The notes under the pieces are model-generated. The model was not told the origin of the DNA. It did not search any database and saw only the letters and a program-made list of their open reading frames with translations. From Sedimentisphaerales bacterium (GTDB lineage Bacteria; Planctomycetota; Phycisphaerae; Sedimentisphaerales; SM23-30), in the NCBI GenBank assembly GCA_963666285.1, contig OY762711.1: a stretch of 64,000 nucleotides of DNA; one strand, 5' to 3'. The position numbers were made by a program, and so were the translations under genes. Within the stretch, counting starts at the first letter, position 1; each line of letters starts with the position of its first letter. This document shows, piece after piece, positions 42,101 through 52,502 of this stretch.

Positions 42101-43456
42101 ATGAAAAAAGTGATAATTTTATTACTGTGCTTTGCAAATTGTATTTTTGCACAAGAGGTAACCAATCAGGAAGTGGACAAAAAAGTTAAATCAGATTGTC
42201 CGGACAATGTTGAACTTGATGTTACAGAACAGGAAAAAGATGACCTGTCAATGACGAATTTTATTTCTGCTGATTCTGTTATCATTAGCCGTAAGGTTAT
42301 TGAAATGAGAGACAGCTATCTGAAAGAAAAAGGGTTGCGATTGGGATTTAATCCTGATGGTTCATATGTCGGCTGGGGACAAAGTGACATTTCAGTATCC
42401 CCTAAACGGATTGATTTTGCACAAAAACGGGCATTAGCATTTGAAAAAGCATTTATTGATGCTAAAGGTGAATTTGTTAAAAGCCAAAAACATTTTTATG
42501 AAGTTGAGGTAGTGAGGAATTTCTTTAATACTGATATTGATTTTAACAATAACCAGGAATTAAGAGAAAGTACCGCAACAGTTATCTCTAAAAAAGTCCA
42601 GGCATTAACAGAAGCACAGTTGGACCAGAAACTATTGGAACTAGGCATCGATCCTGATTCGATCGCAAATTCTGATATAAAATCGAAACAGGAAATAGCG
42701 ACAAATTCTCTTAGAAAAGAGGTCGCAATCAAAGCTGTAGAAAGCGTAAAAGGTGTAATAATACTCAAGACTATTCATGATATGAATAATGTCGGAGTTT
42801 TGATTAAGTACAGTTCCAGATACGATTCACTGGCCCAGGCTATGATATCTGATAAGCTTGTCGGCTACCCCGCTAAAACTGCACCGGCAGATTCTATCAC
42901 CAGGCAATTAAATGAGATATGTCCAAATGATGAAGATTTAATTTCGGTTTACGGCGTAAGAATCCTGGTTGATGAATATGGTAATCGTGTTATTGCTTCT
43001 TTTGGCCAGTATAGCCCATTGGTTTCAAAGGCAGATTCAGACATGAAGAAACAAAATGCGTTCAAAGCAGCTAAAATGAAAGCAGCGTCTATAGCAGAAT
43101 CATACATGATGCAGTTTAAGAAGACAACGCTTGCCTTATCTGAAATAGCAACTTTACAGGATAGTGACTCAATAACTTTGCTTGAAAAAGACAATGGGTT
43201 TGAAGAGGTCTCATCCTCAACTGTTGGTTCTTCTATCGAAGACTATATCAGAGAAACCTCTGCTGGTAAATTCAAAGGGGTAACCACGATACGGGACTGG
43301 GTTGCCAATGATCCGGTAACAGGTCACCTGATATTTGGGCAGGTTGTTTTATGGACACCTGAATTTCAAAGGCCAACTGAAACTATAACAGATAACAGTG
43401 ATGTTTATGATAATGTTGACCCTTTTGGTTCAAAGGAGATTGGCAATGACTGGTAA
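42101..43456 (+). CDS. Exported protein, Cj0092/DUF6844-like
   Basis: Signal peptide from ATG 42101 (AAGGAG RBS); R.LAFEKAF.DAK, ALTEA.LD.KL.ELG.DP, GVRIL.DE.G....ASFGQ; neighbourhood fits. Confidence 0.6.
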   Translation: MKKVIILLLCFANCIFAQEVTNQEVDKKVKSDCPDNVELDVTEQEKDDLSMTNFISADSVIISRKVIEMRDSYLKEKGLRLGFNPDGSYVGWGQSDISVSPKRIDFAQKRALAFEKAFIDAKGEFVKSQKHFYEVEVVRNFFNTDIDFNNNQELRESTATVISKKVQALTEAQLDQKLLELGIDPDSIANSDIKSKQEIATNSLRKEVAIKAVESVKGVIILKTIHDMNNVGVLIKYSSRYDSLAQAMISDKLVGYPAKTAPADSITRQLNEICPNDEDLISVYGVRILVDEYGNRVIASFGQYSPLVSKADSDMKKQNAFKAAKMKAASIAESYMMQFKKTTLALSEIATLQDSDSITLLEKDNGFEEVSSSTVGSSIEDYIRETSAGKFKGVTTIRDWVANDPVTGHLIFGQVVLWTPEFQRPTETITDNSDVYDNVDPFGSKEIGNDW

Positions 43457-44756
43457 GATAAAAATATTGATAATTTTATGCTGCCTGCTGCTTTCTAGCA
43501 GCTTCGGCAGCCGGGTTGAAATTAAAGAAGTACGTTCAACAGGACAGGGCAGCAAGCTCAGGGAAGCAATTGATAATGCCTTGGTAAGAGCTGTAAAGCA
43601 AGTAAACGGAGTTACAGTTTCTAGTAACGCAGAAGCAGTTATTTGTTCCTCCGACATCTTTGTCAGTTCTGACAACAACGAATCTTTCTTAAACACGAAT
43701 ATGGAAGACTATAGAAAGACAATTCGTACATCTACAGATGGACATGTTGCAGGGTTTGATATTATCAGCCAAAATAATGACTCTGGAATATATGAAGTGG
43801 AAATAATGGCACGGATACCTGTATTTGTTCATGATGGAACCAATCCTCATTTAAGAAAAAAGATAATCGTTTTGCCATTCAGAACAGATAGAACATGTTT
43901 TGAATTAAATGGAGATAAAGTTTCATCATCAAAAGTTGTTGACACTTTGGCTGCAAAGCTGGTTTCTGAAATAACTCATACAAGGCGTTTTTCTGTTTTA
44001 GATAGAAAATTTACCAGGGAATATATAGACGAAAAGGAAATGATATTGATGGGAGATGTTATACCGGTTGATAAGGAAAAACTTAACCAGGTATTGAGTA
44101 CGGGCTATATACTTACCGGTGAAATTTCTGAATTTATGTATACTTATACTAAAGAATACAACGAATGGACTAAGGCGACAATTGAGAAGCATTATGTTTC
44201 TGCCTGCTGCGATTATTCAATCATTGATTTTGCCACAAGACAGGTTAAATGGGCAGGGTCGCTCAATCTTGAACTGAATGAAAATGATCTTGAATATAGT
44301 AATTATTCCAATTTTACTATAGTTAGTCTATTGAATTATATCACGGAAAAAATGGCAGATGAAATTACAATTGATTCGATAGAAAGTATATTCCCACCGA
44401 GAGTAATAGATGTCACTCAAGATGGCAGGGTTGTATTGAATATCGGCGGCAGAGCGGTTGATAATGGAGATGTTTATGATGTATATTCAGCAGGCAAGGA
44501 ATATTTTGACCCTTATACCGGAGAATCGCTAGGTAAGTCTGAGAAATGGATAGCTAAAATTATGATTATTAATAATACATCAAAAATGTCATATGCTAAT
44601 GTCATTGAAGGTAATCTTAAAGATTTGACTGTAGGAGATATTTGCCGCAGGTCAAAAGATATCCCGGATGATTTTTCAAGTAGTTCAGACATAATCGGTC
44701 ACCAGCCTACAGTTGAGATTTTGCCCGGCGGCGGTGTTGTTCTACCTGGAGATTGA
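43446..44756 (+). CDS. CsgG/HfaB-family exported protein
   Basis: Signal peptide; AIDNAL..AV.QVNG, TRRFSVLDR, DPYTGESLG motifs. Confidence 0.72.
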   Translation: MTGKIKILIILCCLLLSSSFGSRVEIKEVRSTGQGSKLREAIDNALVRAVKQVNGVTVSSNAEAVICSSDIFVSSDNNESFLNTNMEDYRKTIRTSTDGHVAGFDIISQNNDSGIYEVEIMARIPVFVHDGTNPHLRKKIIVLPFRTDRTCFELNGDKVSSSKVVDTLAAKLVSEITHTRRFSVLDRKFTREYIDEKEMILMGDVIPVDKEKLNQVLSTGYILTGEISEFMYTYTKEYNEWTKATIEKHYVSACCDYSIIDFATRQVKWAGSLNLELNENDLEYSNYSNFTIVSLLNYITEKMADEITIDSIESIFPPRVIDVTQDGRVVLNIGGRAVDNGDVYDVYSAGKEYFDPYTGESLGKSEKWIAKIMIINNTSKMSYANVIEGNLKDLTVGDICRRSKDIPDDFSSSSDIIGHQPTVEILPGGGVVLPGD

Positions 44757-44823
44757 TATGTCTTCTTTATTTCTAAATGTTAAGATGACCTTAACAATTA
44801 TACAAATTGAATTGGAGTAAAAA

Positions 44824-46167
44824 ATGAAATATGTGATTTATAGTATGTTACTTTTCTGCACCACACTATTTTGCGGGTGCAACAGTCCTCGAGACAAGAT
44901 TAATGATTTTGATACACTCTATAAAAATGGTGAGTATGACAAGGCTTTGACTTTTTTAGAAAAAAACAGCTCTAAAAATTATAAAGGCCGCAATGAAGAT
45001 CTGCTCTGGTGCCTGAATGCCGGTGTAATCAACTGGTTAAAGCACGATTACGAACAAAGTGTCAGGATGTTTGATTATGCAGAGGCAATTCTAAAACAGC
45101 ATGACCTTGGTGAAAACGAAACTGGCGAGATAGCTGTGTCCGCTGCTGCAAATGAAACTTTAATACCGTATACAGGTGAAATATTTGACGGTATTATGCT
45201 GAATGTATACAAAGGTATTAGTTTTATGTCTTTGGGAAATAACGAGTTTGCAAGAGTTGAATTTAACCGAGCTATGGACCGCCAGCGTCGTGCTCTCAAA
45301 CAATACGATGCAGAGCTTAAAAAACTTAAAGATCAGGAAAAAAAGTCGGGCAATAGTATCGATAACCAAAAATGCCGCTCGATTGTTTCAGAACACTATC
45401 CTGACCTTGACAAATATGAAGTATATCACGATTTTGTCAATCCTTTTGCTACGTATATGGCCGGCCTTTTTTATTATATGGATGGCGATGCCAACAAGGC
45501 TATAGATTATTTCAAGGAAGCAGCAGGCATGATGCCGGATAATGACTATGTTCAGCAGGATTTACGTTTAGCAGAATTAGCCGTTTTTGAAAACTCAAAA
45601 ACCGATGGTTATGTGTGGGTTATATTTGAAAACGGGCTCGGTCCGATTCGTAAAGAATTTCGCGTTGATCTGCCGGTTATTATAGATAAAAAAGAAATGG
45701 TTGTAAGTGTTGCTCTGCCTAAGCTTGAATGCCGTAATTCTGCGTGTCCGAATTTGATTTTAGAAGCTGAGGGAAGTTCAGTAAAAACCCGGGAGCTGAC
45801 TAGTATGGATCGCATAATTCAGACTGAGTTCAAAAAGGATTACAGTTCTATACTTACTCGTGCAATATTATCAACATCATCAAAAGCTGTCATGCAGTAT
45901 TCGCTTCGAAACAAGAATGTTGGTTTCCAGCTTGGCTCTATGGCATATGCTTTTCTATCTACTACCGCTGATACCAGGATCTGGACAACATTACCGAAAA
46001 ATTTTCAGCTCGCCAGAATTGAAATTCCAGGTGATAGAAAATTACAGCTGGTAATACCCGGCGGAAATAGAGTTGATATAACACTGGACGATTGTAAAAA
46101 TGCGATTATATATGCAAAACTACCGGGAAAAAACAGTGAGCTCGTATATGATGTGATTAAGTATTAG
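44824..46167 (+). CDS. COG3014-family TPR lipoprotein
   Basis: Lipobox FCGC; Y.G..FDGIMLN.YK, ARVEFNRA.DRQRRA, NPFATY.AG, ADTRIWTTLP. Confidence 0.8.
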   Translation: MKYVIYSMLLFCTTLFCGCNSPRDKINDFDTLYKNGEYDKALTFLEKNSSKNYKGRNEDLLWCLNAGVINWLKHDYEQSVRMFDYAEAILKQHDLGENETGEIAVSAAANETLIPYTGEIFDGIMLNVYKGISFMSLGNNEFARVEFNRAMDRQRRALKQYDAELKKLKDQEKKSGNSIDNQKCRSIVSEHYPDLDKYEVYHDFVNPFATYMAGLFYYMDGDANKAIDYFKEAAGMMPDNDYVQQDLRLAELAVFENSKTDGYVWVIFENGLGPIRKEFRVDLPVIIDKKEMVVSVALPKLECRNSACPNLILEAEGSSVKTRELTSMDRIIQTEFKKDYSSILTRAILSTSSKAVMQYSLRNKNVGFQLGSMAYAFLSTTADTRIWTTLPKNFQLARIEIPGDRKLQLVIPGGNRVDITLDDCKNAIIYAKLPGKNSELVYDVIKY

Positions 46168-46176
46168 TATGTGATA

Positions 46177-46365
46177 GTTTACTTTCGCAGTTTTTAAGTT
46201 GTAAAAATCGCCTAAAAGGGCCTTCCTGCAACACTTATGTTATTAACAAAGCGTAAAACGATAGTCGAACACCTTAATTTTTCACTTAATTGGCCCTGTT
46301 CCGGCCTTTACGTGTAATGTTGAACAGTCAAAAGTGTGTCATGTATATGATGCGAAGTATAAACC
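46177..46365 (+). repeat. Repeat family A, copy 4
   Basis: Closest to copy 1; lacks ~20 bp between two TTTTCACT units. Confidence 0.85.
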
Positions 46366-46426
46366 GTACTGATATAATACATGTGTATAAACATTATAAG
46401 TTAAAATATTTACAGAGGAATCTAAA

Positions 46427-47017
46427 ATGAGAAAAATATTATTTATAACATTGTCGTTAGTTTTGGCCGTCGGTATTGTTGGTTGCCAGACTGCTACTTC
46501 AAATATTGATACCCAAAATGATACAGGTAAGGCTGTCTTGGGCCTCGATTATAGAGATTTTGCCAGGGCTGCATCTGAAATGGTAGAGACAATGAGCCGA
46601 TCAAAAGCGCTTAGCAAGCCAGCCGGCGGAAGATATGTCATGGCTACGTCAGTTATTAAAAATGATACTGATCTAAGAATCGATACCGACCAGTTGATGG
46701 CAAAGATCCAGGAAGAACTGCTAAATAGCGGCAGGGTAGTATTTACTAGTTCAATCGGATCAGGTGATAGTGTTGATGAGATGATACGCCAGGCACGTAA
46801 ACTGCGCGAAGATCAGGAATTCAATAAAAGTACCGTTCAGCAAAAAGGTAAGCTTATCGCTCCTGACTTGAGTATTTCAGGAAAACTTATTCAAAAGAAT
46901 ATCGATTACACTCGGAACTCTCGCCAGGTTGAATATTATATCCAGTTGAGAATTACAGAACTTGAAAGCGGACTTATTATTTGGCAGCACGAAAAATTCA
47001 TCGGTAAAAGAGGTTAA
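46427..47017 (+). CDS. lpoB: Penicillin-binding protein activator LpoB-family lipoprotein
   Basis: Lipobox IVGC; GLDYRDF..AA..MV, NDT..RIDTDQL..KI..ELLNSG, APDLSISGK, L.SGLI.W. Confidence 0.75.
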   Translation: MRKILFITLSLVLAVGIVGCQTATSNIDTQNDTGKAVLGLDYRDFARAASEMVETMSRSKALSKPAGGRYVMATSVIKNDTDLRIDTDQLMAKIQEELLNSGRVVFTSSIGSGDSVDEMIRQARKLREDQEFNKSTVQQKGKLIAPDLSISGKLIQKNIDYTRNSRQVEYYIQLRITELESGLIIWQHEKFIGKRG

Positions 47018-47280
47018 GGTGATTAGTTCCTTATGATACAACAGGATATATCAAACATAATCTTAGACTTATCATAGACTCCTGCGATTATAACTATAAA
47101 ACGACTATGGTACTAAGTCTTTAATACTATTATGGTATTGTATTTTTAGGAACTATTTTACATTATGAAGGTTTTAATATCTAAGCGATAAACTAATAAT
47201 CTATATGTCGGCGGTTCAGGATTTCAACCGTCGACTTGATTATTAGAACTGATCCTCGTTAGTCCAAATCCCAGGTACTA

Positions 47281-47546
47281 CCGGCAAGCCGATACACGCC
47301 TGACGGGTGAACCGGGCTGTTTGCGCATAAAAAAAGGAACAAGCTAACTTCTTGTTCCTTAGTGACTTACGTCGAATGCGGTCAATAGGACTCGAACCTA
47401 TGATCTGCCGGTTTCAAGCGGCAATCGCATTTTCACCGTAAACCCTTATCTTAATTGCAGTTATGGGCTTAAACTTTTTCCAGAAAGTCGCAAAATTGCC
47501 ACAAAATCCGGCATATCAGGACACGCCGACAAGCCAAAACAAGCCT
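47281..47546 (-). repeat. tRNA-fragment/att-like repeat family B, long form
   Basis: Reverse complement aligns over ~270 bp with 57864-58138, including CATAGGTTCGAGTCCTATT. Confidence 0.85.
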
Positions 47547-48304
47547 AATAATTCCGCTTATTACCATATTCATCAAATCCATTTTCAGCCTCATTTCACT
47601 GAAACTAGTCTGGTTTTCCGGGTAATCTGGTATTTTTTATACATTGGAAACTGGTTATGATATTCATAACTATGATAAACGTGAGATAAATACCTTAAAA
47701 AGTTGTTGTAGTTACGTGCCTCGCGGGTGAACATGTGCGGGTTCAACAAAGAACCATTCGATTCAATGAAACATAAAGTCAATTATCGCAAGTTTGCTGT
47801 CGGCATATTATAATACTTTATTTGCCCTTACTGTTTTTATTGTAAGTTTGTTTGCATTTGCGGCGTAGCTCTGAATCGAACAGCAAGCATTTGTTCACGC
47901 AACTAACCTGTTTCCGTGCAAATCCCCATCTTTTAAGTTCTTTTAAGCTATTTTGCCAAAAATGTTGCAGCTACGTAAATTTCTCATGAAGCATCAATAT
48001 CAATAAGCATCTCAGAGCAAAAGAGTTAAGAAATGCTCATTAAATGGTTTAATTATCGCAGATTATGGCTATAATTCATTATAACTCTGACTAACCGATG
48101 GATAGTTTGAGAGGAATTTTAGGCATTAGTTGTTAGCTGTCAGGCAGCAAAAACCGCATCGCGGCATCATGGCCTGGTAATATAACAGCTTATATTGAAA
48201 TGCTTTATAGTAAATGAAAGTGCCGGATCAGTCACTTTGAGATTGCAGGTATTATTAAATCATTTTTTAGCGAATTTTGAATTATTTTTTGGAATGGAGC
48301 AGGT

Positions 48305-48832
48305 ATGATCGAGCTATTGAGGCAAAGACGAAGTATAAGGCAGTTTACAGAACAGAAGATCGAGTCTGAAAAGATCGAAATTCTGCAAGAGGCAGTTTTG
48401 CGGTCGCCGAGCAGCCGTAATTTCGACCCGTGGGAATTCGTCTTTGTTACTGATAATGCAATTCTGACAGAGCTGGCCGAGGCCAAAGAACATGGCAGTG
48501 AGTTTCTAAAAGGGGCCCAGCTGGCGATTGTGGTATGCGGCGACCAGACCAAGAGCGATGTATGGGTGGAAGACTGCTCGATCGCGGCGATAATAGCGCA
48601 GCTGACGGCACAATCGCTGGGGCTGGCCAGCTGCTGGGTACAGATTCACAAGCGTATGCATGATGACCATATGACTAGTAACCATTATGTAAAGGAAATT
48701 TTGAACCTGCCCGACGGACTCTCGGTCGAATCGATAATCGGGATTGGTTATGCCGCCGAATCGCGTGAGCCAAAGGATGCAAATGACCTGGAATATGAAA
48801 AGATCCATCTGGATAAGTGGGTAAAGAACTAG
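48305..48832 (+). CDS. Nitroreductase family protein
   Basis: RRSIRQF, SPSSRN..PWEF, EDCSIAA, LGLASCWVQI. Confidence 0.92.
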   Translation: MIELLRQRRSIRQFTEQKIESEKIEILQEAVLRSPSSRNFDPWEFVFVTDNAILTELAEAKEHGSEFLKGAQLAIVVCGDQTKSDVWVEDCSIAAIIAQLTAQSLGLASCWVQIHKRMHDDHMTSNHYVKEILNLPDGLSVESIIGIGYAAESREPKDANDLEYEKIHLDKWVKN

Positions 48833-48888
48833 TAGAGCAAGCGATAAGGAATTTCCGTCGGTGGCGTTAAGCTAATCATATAGAATAT

Positions 48889-49293
48889 ATGGCAGAAGTA
48901 AAGATAATCAGGATGGCAACACAAGGCGACCAGCGAGGTCGTTCGATGCCGATACCGGAAGAAGCCTTTGAGTTTCTCGATGGTGCCATGGAAATGCATA
49001 TTACCGAGCTGAAAAGCGGTGCGGTGAGAGGCAATCACTGGCACGATAACCGCAACGAAGTGATGGTAGTGCAGGCTGACAGCCAATGGCAGTTTGCCTG
49101 GAGCGAAGATAAGGACACACCGCCGGCCGAAACGCTAAGCTTTGCCGCGTGCGAGTTCGCTGCAATATTGATACCGCGGCTGACATGCCATGCTATAAGG
49201 AATTGCGGCGAAAAGCCGATATGGGTTGCCGCGATTGCTGATGGCAAATACGACGGCATAACGCCGGATACCTATGCGAGAATTTTGCTGTAA
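48889..49293 (+). CDS. Cupin-fold protein (WxcM/FdtA-like)
   Basis: DQRG, GAVRGNHWH...E, IP....HAI.N cupin motifs. Confidence 0.72.
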   Translation: MAEVKIIRMATQGDQRGRSMPIPEEAFEFLDGAMEMHITELKSGAVRGNHWHDNRNEVMVVQADSQWQFAWSEDKDTPPAETLSFAACEFAAILIPRLTCHAIRNCGEKPIWVAAIADGKYDGITPDTYARILL

Positions 49294-49393
49294 CGAAATT
49301 CTCGAGTGAAAAGAAAAACAAACAGTGAAAAATCAAGGTATTGCTGCGCAACCTTTTTCTTAAATCGCAGCATTCATTCAAACAATAAATATT

Positions 49394-50011
49394 ATGAGTA
49401 AATTAAAACTTGGAATTATGCTGTCCGGCGGCGGTCGGACAATGGTAAATATTGCCGAATATATCGATCGCGGCGAGCTGGATGCAGAGATCGTTTGCGT
49501 GGTGAGCAGCCGCAGCGATGTGGCCGGCATTGAACGCAGCCGGGAACTGGGCATAGAGCCGGTGATATTGCGCGGTAAGGATTTCGACACCGTTGAAGCT
49601 TTTAGCGGTGCGATTTCGAATGTGCTGAAAGAAAGCGGGGCGGAGCTGGTATTGCAATGCGGCTGGATGTGCTTCTGGCAGGTCCCCAAAGAGCTGGAAG
49701 GTAAGGTAATGAATATTCACCCTTCGCTGCTGCCGATGTTTGGCGGCAAGGGGATGTACGGGCATCATGTGCATGAAGCACTGGAGGCTCGCGGGTGCAA
49801 GGTTAGCGGTTGTACTGTACATTTTGTAACGAATGAATATGATGCCGGGCCGATTATTGTACAGAAAACATGCGAGATTGACGCCGCGGATGATGCCGAT
49901 GCGATTGCCGCGAAGGTATTTGAGCAGGAATGCCTGGCATACCCCAAAGCAATACGGCTGTTTGGACAAGGTCGGCTAGAGATTGTCGGCAGTAAGGTCG
50001 TAATCAAATAA
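49394..50011 (+). CDS. purN: Phosphoribosylglycinamide formyltransferase
   Basis: SGGGRT, MNIHPSLLP.FGG.GMYG..VH, SGCTVHFV..EYDAGPII.Q. Confidence 0.95.
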   Translation: MSKLKLGIMLSGGGRTMVNIAEYIDRGELDAEIVCVVSSRSDVAGIERSRELGIEPVILRGKDFDTVEAFSGAISNVLKESGAELVLQCGWMCFWQVPKELEGKVMNIHPSLLPMFGGKGMYGHHVHEALEARGCKVSGCTVHFVTNEYDAGPIIVQKTCEIDAADDADAIAAKVFEQECLAYPKAIRLFGQGRLEIVGSKVVIK

Positions 50012-50024
50012 GGAGCTTTGACGA

Positions 50025-50615
50025 ATGGCAATCAAGGCGATAATATTTGACCAGGATGGAACACTGACTGTACCGACGCTGGACTTCGACCGGATACGAG
50101 CTGATATCGGCGGAATAGACGGACCGATCCTGGAGGCGATGCTGGTAATGCCGGAAAGCGAACGCCGACGTGCGGAGGCGATACTGCACGAGCACGAAAT
50201 GGAGGCGGCACGGAACTATGAACTGAACCCAGGAGTCGAGCTGATTTTCGATTATATCGCAAAGAGTAATTTGAAGGTGGCATTGCTGACGCGGAATCAG
50301 CGGATGATGGTGGAGCTGCTGTGGAAAAAGTATGATTTTTTGCGGTTTCATGCAGTGGCAACACGTGACGATGAGGGCCCGGCCAAACCTGACCCGTATC
50401 ATGTCTTTCGATTGTGCGATTGTCTGGGGGTTGTCCCGGCAGAGGCAATGGTGGTTGGCGATTTCGAGTTTGATATTGAGGCCGGGCGGAACGCCGGAAC
50501 AAAAACAGTGCTGATAACGACCAGCCCGAACTGGAGAAATTTCGCCTCGAAAGCTGATTTTGTAATCGCTGATATGGCAGAACTGGTGGAGATCATCGAA
50601 AGTCAAAATGGATGA
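50025..50615 (+). CDS. HAD-superfamily hydrolase
   Basis: FDQDGTL, LTRN, KPDP, VGDFEFDIEAG motifs. Confidence 0.92.
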   Translation: MAIKAIIFDQDGTLTVPTLDFDRIRADIGGIDGPILEAMLVMPESERRRAEAILHEHEMEAARNYELNPGVELIFDYIAKSNLKVALLTRNQRMMVELLWKKYDFLRFHAVATRDDEGPAKPDPYHVFRLCDCLGVVPAEAMVVGDFEFDIEAGRNAGTKTVLITTSPNWRNFASKADFVIADMAELVEIIESQNG

Positions 50616-50703
50616 AATTGCACGGTTGTGAGTTCCCGTCATATTCTTAAAAGCGGCAAAATATTGTAAATTAAAGTTTTATGAGAATTTGCCAATTTTA
50701 TCC

Positions 50704-50731
50704 TTGCAATGAGACCTATTTGATATATAAT
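50704..50731 (+). promoter_or_regulatory. Sigma70-type promoter of the tRNA
   Basis: TTGCAA-N16-TATAAT ending 18 bp upstream of the tRNA. Confidence 0.6.
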
Positions 50732-50749
50732 AACCGATCTACAACAGAC

Positions 50750-50823
50750 CGCGGGATGGAGCAGTCTGGTAGCTCGCCGGGCTCATAACCCGGAGGTCAT
50801 AGGTTCGAATCCTATTCCCGCTA
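50750..50823 (+). tRNA. tRNA-fMet (CAT), CCA not encoded
   Basis: CGCGGGATGGAGCAGTCTGGTAGCTCGCCGGGCTCATAACCCGGAGGTCATAGGTTCGAATCCTATTCCCGCTA; unpaired C1 and GGG/CCC anticodon stem mark an initiator tRNA. Confidence 0.96.
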
Positions 50824-51431
50824 TTTATAAAGCATTAAAGGACAGGCACTTAGCTTGTTCTTTTTTGTATTTTAAATGCTTCAAATTTAAACAGTGTAGC
50901 AAATTGTAGCATTATTGATTTTGTCTTGTTTTTTTCTAACACATTAGAGTACTTTAATATTTTCTGTTCCGATTTATGCCTCTGTGAGGATGAGGCTGAC
51001 AAAGAAGAAAACACAGTAATATTCATATATTGCGAGTATTTCTGATGAAGTCAGCCGAAACCGCAACAGGCAAAAAGCGAACACGCCACAAAGTGATGCG
51101 AAGCATAAAAATTAAATTGCTCTAAATCGCTCCAAACTGTCGTCGTTTTTCATTTTTTATACACAAGAGTATAAAAAATCATTCGACTTACTCGATTATA
51201 TTTGAATTACGTGACAATTTTAATTTCAAATCAAATCTTCACTCTACATGAATACATTATCCCACAGGATACACCAAACTCGGTGACATCTGAATGATAA
51301 TAAAAAATTCTCGAGCTCCTGGCAAACACATAGCATTTGTCTTTTCCTATTTTCAATAATCGCAATTATACAATAAAACCAACAAAGGTTAATGGTGTGA
51401 AAATGACTGGATACAGTACATAGTTTTATTT

Positions 51432-52490
51432 TTACTCAAGCATTTCTTTTTGAAATTCCTCTATCTTCACCAAGGTTGAATCATGCAGTTTTAATTTACC
51501 TGAGACCTTCTCCCATTTATAAATACTGGTAGCAGAAATACCTAACTGTTGGGCAAATTTTGGCACAGACAGACCAGACTGCTTTCTTAGCATGGCAATA
51601 GCTTTGCCGGATGGCTGTTTTCGGATCTTGTTGTCATTTTTGGATAATTTTATTTTTCTTGCTACCTTTATTACCGTTTTCTTTTTACGGGCCAGTTTTT
51701 TTCGTTTGAAAACTACCTTCTTCTTGGCCTTGAACTTAGTTTTCTTAGCTGTTTTAGGAGTTGACTTAGCAGGTTTCTTATCCGGAAGATCCAGTTCGAT
51801 ATCATCACCAAATATGCCGACAAGTTTATCATTCGAGATTGTTTTAGCAGCTTTAGCGCCTACAATTTCAATTTTCATGTCACCACTGATAAGTTCACTC
51901 GCATCAACATTACGCAGAATAAACAGAAGCTCCGGTTGGCTATCTAACCTGTTACCTATTCCATACATTACAGCTGCTACATGCTTACACATAGTTGCCC
52001 AATCAGGACAATTACAACCCAGCTTTATTTCTCCTGGCAATGGCATAAGACCATTTTCACAATCGGTAACTATCTCCATTACATGGTCAGACAATTTCCC
52101 CTGCAATAGCTCTAACATTGTACCTATTTTACCAGCACATTGTTTCTTGATAGAATTCCACACTTTCTTTTTCAACGGTTCAATATGTATAACAATATTA
52201 TAAAGCTCTGATCCGCTGACAATTGCCTCTATTCGCCCGGGAAGTATTTCCAGATGACAAACTGATCCATTTCGAGCATAAGTCCTACCACGGGGAAGTC
52301 GATTTTCAAAATCCGAAAATGATTCCAGATGATCACACCAGGCCTTACCCCAAAAGCTTCTGGCAATCGCACGTCCTTCAATTTCAACAGGCTCGATATT
52401 CTTGCCTTTTTTCCGCATCTTTTCAATTTGCTTTTTAGCTTTTGCCCTTCGTTGCGATACAGGCACATACGGTTTCCAATAATAAGGCAT
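51432..52490 (-). CDS. SWIM zinc-finger protein with Lys-rich linker and C-terminal HTH
   Basis: NRLPRGRTYARNGSV, CNCPDWATMCKHVAA; C-terminal LRKQSGLSVPKFAQQLGISATSIYKWE. Confidence 0.9.
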   Translation of the reverse strand: MPYYWKPYVPVSQRRAKAKKQIEKMRKKGKNIEPVEIEGRAIARSFWGKAWCDHLESFSDFENRLPRGRTYARNGSVCHLEILPGRIEAIVSGSELYNIVIHIEPLKKKVWNSIKKQCAGKIGTMLELLQGKLSDHVMEIVTDCENGLMPLPGEIKLGCNCPDWATMCKHVAAVMYGIGNRLDSQPELLFILRNVDASELISGDMKIEIVGAKAAKTISNDKLVGIFGDDIELDLPDKKPAKSTPKTAKKTKFKAKKKVVFKRKKLARKKKTVIKVARKIKLSKNDNKIRKQPSGKAIAMLRKQSGLSVPKFAQQLGISATSIYKWEKVSGKLKLHDSTLVKIEEFQKEMLE

Positions 52491-52502
52491 ACAAATTTTC
52501 TC

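Noticed and set aside
27782..46365. Family A repeats as integron attC sites or a CRISPR array
   Set aside because: Ends run GTT...AAC, the reverse of the attC RYYYAAC...GTTRRRY order; copies are long, dispersed and in mixed orientation; no intI or cas genes and no regular spacers.
47560..48300. Possible gene remnants in the long intergenic region
   Set aside because: Only short ORFs with no recognisable similarity.
49403..50642. Long antisense ORFs opposite purN and the HAD gene
   Set aside because: Antisense shadows of clearly identified plus-strand genes.
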